NCBI GenBank assembly: GCA_964057225.1
Contig: OZ059894.1
Location: 23,188,001 to 23,252,000, forward strand
Length of the DNA: 64,000 nucleotides
Source of the DNA: Auanema rhodensis
Taxonomy: Eukaryota > Animalia > Nematoda
Direction of reading: 5' to 3'
In this document: in pieces, positions 28,183-41,700 of the stretch
How positions within the stretch are numbered: position 1 is the stretch's first letter
Layout: each line of letters opens with the position of its first letter
Position numbers and translations under genes: made by a program
Notes under the pieces: model-generated
Seen by the model: only the letters and a program-made list of their open reading frames with translations
Told to the model about the DNA's origin: nothing
Databases searched by the model: none

Positions 28183-31100
28183 AAACAAATTTTAATGATA
28201 TTGGTGCATGGTAACCATGTCTTTGAAATTTACGTGAATTTTAATTTATGCTAATTAAATGTACATGTGATGTGCACTTGGTATGTAACTCGCTTCACGT
28301 GAAAGATAAAGAGATGCGGTTTTCAAAATTAGATTCCTCATGTCCATATTAGTCTAAAACAAATTTTTATTGATATTGGTTCATGGTAACCATGACTTTG
28401 AAATTTACGTGAACTTTAATTTATGCTAATTAAATGTACACGTGATGTGCACTTGGTATGTAACTCGCTTCACGTGAAAGATAAAGAGATGCGGTTTTCA
28501 AAATTAGATTCCCCATGTCCATATTAGTCTAAAAACAAATTTTTATTGATATTGGTGCATGGTAACCATGACTTTGAAATTTACGTGAACTTTAATTTAT
28601 GCTAATTAAATGTACACGTGATGTGCATTTGGTATGTAACTCGCTTCACGTGAAAGATAAAATGATGCGGTTTTCAAAATTAGATTCTTCATGTCCATAT
28701 TAGTCTAAAAACAAATTTTTATTGATATTGGTTCATGGTAACCATGACTTTGAAATTTACATGAACTTTAATTTATGCTAATTAAATGTACACGTGATGT
28801 GCACTTGGTATGTAACTCGCTTCACGTGAAAGATAAAGAGATGCGGTTCTCAAAATTAGATTCCCCATTTCCATATTAGTCTAAAAACAAATTTTTATTG
28901 ATATTGGTTCATGGTAACCATGACTTTCAAATTTACGTGAACTTTAATTTATGCTAATTAAATGTACACGTGAAGTGCACTTGGTATGTAACTCGCTTCA
29001 CGTGAAAGATAAAGAGATGCGGTTTTCAAAATTAGATTCCCCATGTCCGTATTAGTCTAAAAACAAATTTTTATTGATATTGGTTCATGGTAACCATGAC
29101 TTTGAAATTTACGTGAACTTTAATTTATGCTAACTAAATGTACACGTGATGTGCACTTGGTATGTAACTCGCTTCACGTGAAAGATAAAGAGATGCGGTT
29201 TTCAAAATTAGATTCCCCATGTCCATATTAGTCTAAAAACAAATTTTTATTGATATTGGTTCATGGTAACCATGACTTTGAAATTTACCTGAACTTTAAT
29301 TTATGCTAATTAAATGTACACGTGATGTGCACTTGGTATGTAACTCGCTTCACTTGAAAGATAAAGAGATGCGGTTTTCAAAATTAGATTCCCCATGTCC
29401 ATATTAGTCTAAAAACATATTTTTATTGATATTGGTTCATGGTAACCATGACTTTGAAATTTACGTGAACTTTAATTTATGCTAATTAAATGTACACGTG
29501 ATGTGCACTTGGTATGTAACTCGCTTCACGTGAAAGATAAAGAGATGTGGTTTTCAAAATTAGATTCCCCATGTCCATATTAGTCTAAAAACAAATTTTT
29601 ATTGATATTGGTTCATGGTAACCATGACTTTGAAATTTACGTGAACTTTAATTTATGCTAATTAAATGTACACGTGATGTGCACTTGGTATGTAACTCGC
29701 TTCACGTGAAAGATAAAGAGATGTGGTTTTCAAAATTAGATTTCCCATGTCCATATTAGTCTAAAAACAAATTTTTATTGATATTGGTTCATGGTAACCA
29801 TGACTTTGAAATTTACCTGAACTTTAATTTATGCTAATTAAATGTACACGTGATGTGCACTTGGTATGTAACTCGCTTCACGTGAAAGATAAAGAGATGC
29901 GGTTTTCAAAATTAGATTCCCCATGTCCATATTAGTCTAAAAACATATTTTTATTGATATTGGTTCATGGTAACCATGACTTTGAAATTTACGTGAACTT
30001 TAATTTATGCTAATTAAATGTACACGTGATGTGCACTTGGTATGTAACTCGCTTCACGTGAAAGATAAAGAGATGTGGTTTTCAAAATTAGATTCCCCAT
30101 GTCCATATTAGTCTAAAAACAAATTTTTATTGATATTGGTTCATGGTAACCATGACTTTGAAACTTACGTGAACTTTAATTTATGCTAATTAAATGTACA
30201 CGTGATGTGCACTTGGTATGTAACTCGCTTCACTTGAAAGATAAAGAGATGCGGTTTTCAAAATTAGATTCCCCATGTCCATATTAGTCTAAAAACAAAT
30301 TTTTATTGATATTGGTGCATGGTAACCATGACTTTGAAATTTACGTGAACTTTAATTTATGCTAATTAAATGTAAACGTGATGTGCACTTGGTATGTAAC
30401 TCGCTTCACGTGAAAGATAAAAAGATACGGTTTTCAAAATTAGATTCCACATGTCCATATTAGTCTAAAAACAAATTTTTATTGATATTGGTTCATGGTA
30501 ACCATGACTTTGAAATTTAAGTGAACTTTAATTTATGCTAATTAAATGTACACGTGATGTGCACTTGGTATGTAACTCGCTTCACGTGAAAGATAAAGAG
30601 ATGCGGTTTTCAAAATTAGATTCCCCATGTCCATATTAGTCTAAAAACAAATTTTTATTGATATTGGTTCATGGTAACCATGACTTTCAAATTTACGTGA
30701 ACTTTAATTTATGCTAATTAAATGTACACGTGAAGTGCACTTGGTATGTAACTCGCTTCACGTGAAAGATAAAGAGATGCGGTTTTCAAAATTAGATTCC
30801 CCATGTCCATATTAGTCTAAAAACAAATTTTTATTGATATTGGTTTATGGTAACCATGACTTTGAAATTTACGTGAACTTTAATTTATGCTAACTAAATG
30901 TACACGTGATGTGCACTTGGTATGTAACTCGCTTCACGTGAAAGATAAAGAGATGCGGTTTTCAAAATTAGATTCCCCATGTCCATATTAGTCTAAAAAC
31001 AAATTTTTATTGATATTGGTGCATGGTAACCATGACTTTGAATTTTACGTGAACTTTAATTTATGCTAATTAAATGTACACGTGATGTGCACTTGGTATG

Positions 31101-31649
31101 TAACTCGCTTCACGTAAAAGATAAAGAGATGCGGTTTTCAAAATTAGATTCCCCATGTCCATATTAGTCTAAAAACAAATTTTTATTGATATTGGTTCAT
31201 GGTAACCATAACTTTGAAATTTACGTGAACTTTAATTTATGCTAATTAAATGTACACGTGATGTGCACTTGGTATGTAACTCGCTTCACGTGAAAGATAA
31301 AGAGATGCGGTTTTCAAAATTAGCTTCCCCATGTCCATATTAGTCTAAAAACAAATTTTCATTGATATTGGTGCATGGTAACCATGACTTTGAAATTTAC
31401 GTGAACTTTAATTTATGCTAATTAAATGTACACGTGATGTGCACTTGGTATGTAACTCGCTTCACGTGAAAGATAAAGAGATGCGGTTTTCAAAATTAGA
31501 TTCCCCATGTCCATATTAGTCTAAAAACAAATTTTTATTGATATTGGTGCATGGTAACCATGACTTTGAAATTTACGTGAACTTTAATTTATGCTAATTA
31601 AATGTACACGTGATGTGCACTTGGTATGTAACTCGCTTCAGGTGAAAGA

Positions 31650-31713
31650 ATTTGAAATTTTTTGAAAAAATTTTTGTCAAAATGTTTTTGGAAGCAATGT
31701 TGAGTGTACATGG
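31650..31713 (+). other. 64-bp non-consensus patch (copy 2, identical to 28119-28182)
   Basis: Same sequence and same flanking substitutions, 3531 bp downstream. Confidence 0.95.
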
Positions 31714-32799
31714 AAACAAATTTTAATGATATTGGTGCATGGTAACCATGTCTTTGAAATTTACGTGAATTTTAATTTATGCTAATTAAATGTACATGTG
31801 ATGTGCACTTGGTATGTAACTCGCTTCACGTGAAAGATAAAGAGATGCGGTTTTCAAAATTAGATTCCTCATGTCCATATTAGTCTAAAACAAATTTTTA
31901 TTGATATTGGTTCATGGTAACCATGACTTTGAAATTTACGTGAACTTTAATTTATGCTAATTAAATGTACACGTGATGTGCACTTGGTATGTAACTCGCT
32001 TCACGTGAAAGATAAAGAGATGCGGTTTTCAAAATTAGATTCCCCATGTCCATATTAGTCTAAAAACAAATTTTTATTGATATTGGTGCATGGTAACCAT
32101 GACTTTGAAATTTACGTGAACTTTAATTTATGCTAATTAAATGTACACGTGATGTGCATTTGGTATGTAACTCGCTTCACGTGAAAGATAAAATGATGCG
32201 GTTTTCAAAATTAGATTCTTCATGTCCATATTAGTCTAAAAACAAATTTTTATTGATATTGGTTCATGGTAACCATGACTTTGAAATTTACATCAACTTT
32301 AATTTATGCTAATTAAATGTACACGTGATGTGCACTTGGTATGTAACTCGCTTCACGTGAAAGATAAAGAGATGCGGTTCTCAAAATTAGATTCCCCATT
32401 TCCATATTAGTCTAAAAACAAATTTTTATTGATATTGGTTCATGGTAACCATGACTTTCAAATTTACGTGAACTTTAATTTATGCTAATTAAATGTACAC
32501 GTGAAGTGCACTTGGTATGTAACTCGCTTCACGTGAAAGATAAAGAGATGCGGTTTTCAAAATTAGATTCCCCATGTCCGTATTAGTCTAAAAACAAATT
32601 TTTATTGATATTGGTTCATGGTAACCATGACTTTGAAATTTACGTGAACTTTAATTTATGCTAACTAAATGTACACGTGATGTGCACTTGGTATGTAACT
32701 CGCTTCACGTGAAAGATAAAGAGATGCGGTTTTCAAAATTAGATTCCCCATGTCCATATTAGTCTAAAAACAAATTTTTATTGATATTGGTTCATGGTA

Positions 32800-35700
32800 A
32801 CCATAACTTTGAAATTTACGTGAACTTTAATTTATGCTAATTAAATGTACACGTGATGTGCACTTGGTATGTAACTCGCTTCACGTGAAAGATAAAGAGA
32901 TGCGGTTTTCAAAATTAGATTCCCCATGTCCATATTAGTCTAAAAACAAATTTTTATTGATATTGGTTCATGGTAACCATGACTTTCAAATTTACGTGAA
33001 CTTTAATTTATGCTAATTAAATGTAAACGTGATGTGCACTTGGTATGTAACTGGCTTCACGTGAAAGATAAAATGATGCGGTTTTCAAAATTAGATTCCC
33101 CATGTCCAGATTAGTCTAAAAACAGGTTTTTATTGATATTGGTTCATGGTAACCATGACTTTGAAATTTACGTGAACTTTAATTTATGCTAATTAAATGT
33201 ACACGTGATGTGCACTTGGTATGTAACTCGCTTCACGTGAAAGATAAAGAGTTGCGGTTTCCAAAATTAGATTCCCCATGTCCATATTAGTCTAAAAACA
33301 GATTTTTATTGATATTGGTTCATGGTAACCATGACTTTGAAATTTACGTGAACTTTAATTTATGCTAATTAAATGTACACGTGATGTGCACTTGGTATGT
33401 AACTCGCTTCACGTGAAAGATAAAGAGATGCGGTTTTCAAAATTAGATTCCCCATGTCCATATTAGTCTAAAAACAGATTTTTATTGATATTGGTTTATG
33501 GTAACCATGTCTTTGAAATTTACGTGATCTTTAATTTATGCTAATTAAATGTACACGTGATGTGCACTTGGTATGTAACTCGCTTCACGTGAAAGATAAA
33601 ATGATGCGGTTTTCAAAATTAGATTCTTCATGTCCATATTAGTCTAAAAACAAATTTTTATTGATATTGGTGCATGGTAACCATGACTTTGAAATTTACG
33701 TGAACTTTAATTTATGCTAATTAAATGTACACGTGATGTGCATTTGGTATGTAACTCGCTTCACGTGAAAGATAAAATGATGCGGTTTTCAAAATTAGAT
33801 TCTTCATGTCCATATTAGTCTAAAAACAAATTTTTATTGATATTGGTTCATGGTAACCATGACTTTGAAATTTACATGAACTTTAATTTATGCTAATTAA
33901 ATGTACACGTGATGTGCACTTGGTATGTAACTCGCTTCACGTGAAAGATAAAGAGATGCGGTTCTCAAAATTAGATTCCCCATTTCCATATTAGTCTAAA
34001 AACAAATTTTTATTGATATTGGTTCATGGTAACCATGACTTTGAAATTTACGTGAACTTTAATTTATGCTAATTAAATGTACACGTGAAGTGCACTTGGT
34101 ATGTAACTCGCTTCACATGAAAGATAAAGAGATGCGGTTTTCAAAATTAGATTCCCCATGTCCATATTAGTCTAAAAACAAATTTTTATTGATATTGGTT
34201 CATGGTAACCATGACTTTGAAATTTACGTGAACTTTAATTTATGCTAACTAAATGTACACGTGATGTGCACTTGGTATGTAACTCGCTTCACGTGAAAGA
34301 TAAAGAGATGCGGTTTTCAAAATTAGATTCCCCATGTCCATATTAGTCTAAAAACAAATTTTTATTGATATTGGTTCATGGTAACCATAACTTTGAAATT
34401 TACGTGAACTTTAATTTATGCTAATTAAATGTACACGTGATGTGCACTTGGTATGTAACTCGCTTCACGTGAAAGATAAAGAGATGCGGTTTTCAAAATT
34501 AGATTCCCCATGTCCATATTAGTCTAAAAACAAATTTTTATTGATATTGGTGCATGGTAACCATGACTTTGAAATTTACGTGAACTTTAATTTATGCTAA
34601 TTAAATGTACACGTGATGTGCATTTGGTATGTAACTCGCTTCACGTGAAAGATAAAATGATGCGGTTTTCAAAATTAGATTCTTCATGTCCATATTAGTC
34701 TAAAAACAAATTTTTATTGATATTGGTTCATGGTAACCATGACTTTGAAATTTACATGAACTTTAATTTATGCTAATTAAATGTACACGTGATGTGCACT
34801 TGGTATGTAACTCGCTTCACGTGAAAGATAAAGAGATGCGGTTCTCAAAATTAGATTCCCCATTTCCATATCAGTCTAAAAACAAATTGTTATTGATATT
34901 GGTTCATGGTAACCATGACTTTGAAATTTACGTGAACTTTAATTTATGCTAATTAAATGTACACGTGAAGTGCACTTGGTATGTAACTCGCTTCACGTGA
35001 AAGATAAAGAGATGCGGTTTTCAAAATTAGATTCCCCATGTCCATATTAGTCTAAAAACAAATTTTTATTGATATTGGTTCATGGTAACCATGACTTTGA
35101 AATTTACGTGAACTTTAATTTATGCTAACTAAATGTACACGTGATGTGCACTTGGTATGTAACTCGCTTCACGTGAAAGATAAAGAGATGCGGTTTTCAA
35201 AATTAGATTCCCCATGTCCATATTAGTCTAAAAACAAATTTTTATTGATATTGGTTCATGGTAACCATAACTTTGAAATTTACGTGAACTTTAATTTATG
35301 CTAATTAAATGTACACGTGATGTGCACTTGGTATGTAACTCGCTTCACGTGAAAGATAAAGAGATGCGGTTTTCAAAATTAGATTCCTCATGTCCATATT
35401 AGTCTAAAAACAAATTTTTATTGATATTGGTTCATGGTAACCATGACTTTCAAATTTACGTGAACTTTAATTTATGCTAATTAAATGTAAACGTGATGTG
35501 CACTTGGTATGTAACTGGCTTCACGTGAAAGATAAAATGATGCGGTTTTCAAAATTAGATTCCCCATGTCCAGATTAGTCTAAAAACAGGTTTTTATTGA
35601 TATTGGTTCATGGTAACCATGACTTTGAAATTTACGTGAACTTTAATTTATGCTAATTAAATGTACACGTGATGTGCACTTGGTATGTAACTCGCTTCAC

Positions 35701-38700
35701 GTGAAAGATAAAGAGTTGCGGTTTCCAAAATTAGATTCCCCATGTCCATATTAGTCTAAAAACAGATTTTTATTGATATTGGTTCATGGTAACCATGACT
35801 TTGAAATTTACGTGAACTTTAATTTATGCTAATTAAATGTACACGTGATGTCCACTTGGTATGTAACTCGCTTCACGTGAAAGATAAAGAGATGCGGTTT
35901 TCAAAATTAGATTCCCCATGTCCATATTAGTCTAAAAACAGATTTTTATTGATATTGGTTTATGGTAACCATGTCTTTGAAATTTACGTGATCTTTAATT
36001 TATGCTAATTAAATGTACACGTGATGTGCACTTGGTATGTAACTCGCTTCACGTGAAAGATAAAATGATGCGGTTTTCAAAATTAGATTCTTCATGTCCA
36101 TATTAGTCTAAAAACAAATTTTTATTGATATTGGTGCATGGTAACCATGACTTTGAAATTTACGTGAACTTTAATTTATGCTAATTAAATGTACACGTGA
36201 TGTGCATTTGGTATGTAACTCGCTTCACGTGAAAGATAAAATGATGCGGTTTTCAAAATTAGATTCTTCATGTCCATATTAGTCTAAAAACAAATTTTTA
36301 TTGATATTGGTTCATGGTAACCATGACTTTGAAATTTACATGAACTTTAATTTATGCTAATTAAATGTACACGTGATGTGCACTTGGTATGTAACTCGCT
36401 TCACGTGAAAGATAAAGAGATGCGGTTCTCAAAATTAGATTCCCCATTTCCATATTAGTCTAAAAACAAATTTTTATTGATATTGGTTCATGGTAACCAT
36501 GACTTTGAAATTTACGTGAACTTTAATTTATGCTAATTAAATGTACACGTGAAGTGCACTTGGTATGTAACTCGCTTCACATGAAAGATAAAGAGATGCG
36601 GTTTTCAAAATTAGATTCCCCATGTCCATATTAGTCTAAAAACAAATTTTTATTGATATTGGTTCATGGTAACCATGACTTTGAAATTTACGTGAACTTT
36701 AATTTATGCTAACTAAATGTACACGTGATGTGCACTTGGTATGTAACTCGCTTCACGTGAAAGATAAAGAGATGCGGTTTTCAAAATTAGATTCCCCATG
36801 TCCATATTAGTCTAAAAACAAATTTTTATTGATATTGGTTCATGGTAACCATAACTTTGAAATTTACGTGAACTTTAATTTATGCTAATTAAATGTACAC
36901 GTGATGTGCACTTGGTATGTAACTCGCTTCACGTGAAAGATAAAGAGATGCGGTTTTCAAAATTAGATTCCCCATGTCCATATTAGTCTAAAAACAAATT
37001 TTTATTGATATTGGTGCATGGTAACCATGACTTTGAAATTTACGTGAACTTTAATTTATGCTAATTAAATGTACACGTGATGTGCATTTGGTATGTAACT
37101 CGCTTCACGTGAAAGATAAAATGATGCGGTTTTCAAAATTAGATTCTTCATGTCCATATTAGTCTAAAAACAAATTTTTATTGATATTGGTTCATGGTAA
37201 CCATGACTTTGAAATTTACATGAACTTTAATTTATGCTAATTAAATGTACACGTGATGTGCACTTGGTATGTAACTCGCTTCACGTGAAAGATAAAGAGA
37301 TGCGGTTCTCAAAATTAGATTCCCCATTTCCATATCAGTCTAAAAACAAATTTTTATTGATATTGGTTCATGGTAACCATGACTTTGAAATTTACGTGAA
37401 CTTTAATTTATGCTAATTAAATGTACACGTGAAGTGCACTTGGTATGTAACTCGCTTCACGTGAAAGATAAAGAGATGCGGTTTTCAAAATTAGATTCCC
37501 CATGTCCATATTAGTCTAAAAACAAATTTTTATTGATATTGGTTCATGGTAACCATGACTTTGAAATTTACGTGAACTTTAATTTATGCTAACTAAATGT
37601 ACACGTGATGTGCACTTGGTATGTAACTCGCTTCACGTGAAAGATAAAGAGATGCGGTTTTCAAAATTAGATTCCCCATGTCCATATTAGTCTAAAAACA
37701 AATTTTTATTGATATTGGTTCATGGTAACCATAACTTTGAAATTTACGTGAACTTTAATTTATGCTAATTAAATGTACACGTGATGTGCACTTGGTATGT
37801 AACTCGCTTCACGTGAAAGATAAAGAGATGCGGTTTTCAAAATTAGATTCCCCATGTCCATATTAGTCTAAAAACAAATTTTTATTGATATTGGTTCATG
37901 GTAACCATGACTTTCAAATTTACGTGAACTTTAATTTATGCTAATTAAATGTAAACGTGATGTGCACTTGGTATGTAACTGGCTTCACGTGAAAGATAAA
38001 ATGATGCGGTTTTCAAAATTAGATTCCCCATGTCCAGATTAGTCTAAAAACAGGTTTTTATTGATATTGGTTCATGGTAACCATGACTTTGAAATTTACG
38101 TGAACTTTAATTTATGCTAATTAAATGTACACGTGATGTGCACTTGGTATGTAACTCGCTTCACGTGAAAGATAAAGAGTTGCGGTTTCCAAAATTAGAT
38201 TCCCCATGTCCATATTAGTCTAAAAACAGATTTTTATTGATATTGGTTCATGGTAACCATGACTTTGAAATTTACGTGAACTTTAATTTATGCTAATTAA
38301 ATGTACACGTGATGTGCTCTTGGTATGTAACTCGCTTCACGTGAAAGATAAAGAGATGCGGTTTTCAAAATTAGATTCCCCATGTCCATATTAGTCTAAA
38401 AACAGATTTTTATTGATATTGGTTTATGGTAACCATGTCTTTGAAATTTACGTGATCTTTAATTTATGCTAATTAAATGTACACGTGATGTGCACTTGGT
38501 ATGTAACTCGCTTCACGTGAAAGATAAAATGATGCGGTTTTCAAAATTAGATTCTTCATGTCCATATTAGTCTAAAAACAAATTTTTATTGATATTGGTT
38601 CATGGTAACCATGACTTTGAAATTTACGTGAACTTTAATTTATGCTAATTAAATGTACACGTGATGTGCACTTGGTATGTAACTCGCTTCACGTGAAAGA

Positions 38701-41700
38701 TAAAGAGATGCGGTTTTCAAAATTAGATTCCCCATGTCCATATTAGTCTAAAAACAGATTTTTATTGATATTGGTTTATGGTAACCATGTCTTTGAAATT
38801 TACGTGATCTTTAATTTATGCTAATTAAATGTACACGTGATGTGCACTTGGTATGTAACTCGCTTCACGTGAAAGATAAAATGATGCGGTTTTCAAAATT
38901 AGATTCTTCATGTCCATATTAGTCTAAAAACAAATTTTTATTGATATTGGTTCATGGTAACCATGACTTTGAAATTTACGTGAACTTTAATTTATGCTAA
39001 TTAAATGTACACGTGATGTGCACTTGGTATGTAACTCGCTTCACGTGAAAGATAAAGAGATGCCGTTTTCAAAATTAGATTCCCCATGTCCATATTAGTC
39101 TAAAAACAAATTTTTATTGATATTGGTTCATGGTAACCATGACTTTGAAATTTACGTGAACTTTAATTTATGCTAATTAAATGTACACGTGATGTGCACT
39201 TGGTATGTAACTCGCTTCACGTGAAAGATAAGGAGATGCGGTTTTCAAAATTAGATTCCCCATGTCCATATTAGTCTAAAAACAGATTTTTATTGATATT
39301 GGTTTATGGTAACCATGTCTTTGAAATTTACGTGAACTTTAATTTATGCTAATTAAATGTACACGTGATGTGCACTTGGTATGTAACTCGCTTCACGTGA
39401 AAGATAAAGAGATGCGGTTTTCAAAATTAGATTCCCCATGTCCATATTAGTCTAAAAACAAATTTTTATTGATATTGGTTCATGGTAACCATGACTTTGA
39501 AATTTACGTGAACTTTAATTTATGCTAACTAAATGTACACGTGATGTGCACTTGGTATGTAACTCGCTTCACGTGAAAGATAAAGAGATGCGGTTTTCAA
39601 AATTAGATTCCCCATGTCCATATTAGTCTAAAAACAAATTTTTATTGATATTGGTTCATGGTAACCATAACTTTGAAATTTACGTGAACTTTAATTTATG
39701 CTAATTAAATGTACACGTGATGTGCACTTGGTATGTAACTCGCTTCACGTGAAAGATAAAGAGATGCGGTTTTCAAAATTAGATTCCCCATGTCCATATT
39801 AGTCTAAAAACAAATTTTTATTGATATTGGTGCATGGTAACCATGACTTTGAAATTTACGTGAACTTTAATTTATGCTAATTAAATGTACACGTGATGTG
39901 CATTTGGTATGTAACTCGCTTCACGTGAAAGATAAAATGATGCGGTTTTCAAAATTAGATTCTTCATGTCCATATTAGTCTAAAAACAAATTTTTATTGA
40001 TATTGGTTCATGGTAACCATGACTTTGAAATTTACATGAACTTTAATTTATGCTAATTAAATGTACACGTGATGTGCACTTGGTATGTAACTCGCTTCAC
40101 GTGAAAGATAAAGAGATGCGGTTCTCAAAATTAGATTCCCCATTTCCATATTAGTCTAAAAACAAATTTTTATTGATATTGGTTCATGGTAACCATGACT
40201 TTGAAATTTACGTGAACTTTAATTTATGCTAATTAAATGTACACGTGAAGTGCACTTGGTATGTAACTCGCTTCACGTGAAAGATAAAGAGATGCGGTTT
40301 TCAAAATTAGATTCCCCATGTCCATATTAGTCTAAAAACAAATTTTTATTGATATTGGTTCATGGTAACCATGACTTTGAAATTTACGTGAACTTTAATT
40401 TATGCTAACTAAATGTACACGTGATGTGCACTTGGTATGTAACTCGCTTCACGTGAAAGATAAAGAGATGCGGTTTTCAAAATTAGATTCCCCATGTCCA
40501 TATTAGTCTAAAAACAAATTTTTATTGATATTGGTTCATGGTAACCATAACTTTGAAATTTACGTGAACTTTAATTTATGCTAATTAAATGTACACGTGA
40601 TGTGCACTTGGTATGTAACTCGCTTCACGTGAAAGATAAAGAGATGCGGTTTTCAAAATTAGATTCCCCATGTCCATATTAGTCTAAAAACAAATTTTTA
40701 TTGATATTGGTTCATGGTAACCATGACTTTCAAATTTACGTGAACTTTAATTTATGCTAATTAAATGTAAACGTGATGTGCACTTGGTATGTAACTCGCT
40801 TCACGTGAAAGATAAAGAGATGCGGTTTTCAAAATTAGATTCCCCATGTCCATATTAGTCTAAAAACAAATTTTTATTGATATTGGTTCATGGTAACCAT
40901 AACTTTGAAATTTACGTGAACTTTAATTTATGCTAATTAAATGTACACGTGATGTGCACTTGGTATGTAACTCGCTTCACGTGAAAGATAAAATGATGCG
41001 GTTTTCAAAATTAGATTCCCCATGTCCATATTAGTCTAAAAACAGATTTTTATTGATATTGGTTTATGGTAACCATGTCTTTGAAATTTACGTGATCTTT
41101 AATTTATGCTAATTAAATGTACACGTGATGTGCACTTGGTATGTAACTCGCTTCACGTGAAAGATAAAATGATGCGGTTTTCAAAATTAGATTCTTCATG
41201 TCCATATTAGTCTAAAAACAAATTTTTATTGATATTGGTGCATGGTAACCATGACTTTGAAATTTACGTGAACTTTAATTTATGCTAATTAAATGTACAC
41301 GTGATGTGCATTTGGTATGTAACTCGCTTCACGTGAAAGATAAAATGATGCGGTTTTCAAAATTAGATTCTTCATGTCCATATTAGTCTAAAAACAAATT
41401 TTTATTGATATTGGTTCATGGTAACCATGACTTTGAAATTTACATGAACTTTAATTTATGCTAATTAAATGTACACGTGATGTGCACTTGGTATGTAACT
41501 CGCTTCACGTGAAAGATAAAGAGATGCGGTTCTCAAAATTAGATTCCCCATTTCCATATTAGTCTAAAAACAAATTTTTATTGATATTGGTTCATGGTAA
41601 CCATGACTTTGAAATTTACGTGAACTTTAATTTATGCTAATTAAATGTACACGTGAAGTGCACTTGGTATGTAACTCGCTTCACATGAAAGATAAAGAGA

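Larger units (their letters stand above)
25200..32790 (+). repeat. Tandem duplication of a 20-monomer block (3531 bp) carrying the aberrant monomer; the first copy has an extra 3-mer
   Basis: The aberrant monomer is at 28110 and 31641 (3531 = 20 x 176 + 11). The TACCTG marker is at 25230 and 29289 (4059 = 23 x 176 + 11). GTAAAC occurs twice, 528 bp apart, near 26316 and 26844. Confidence 0.85.
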
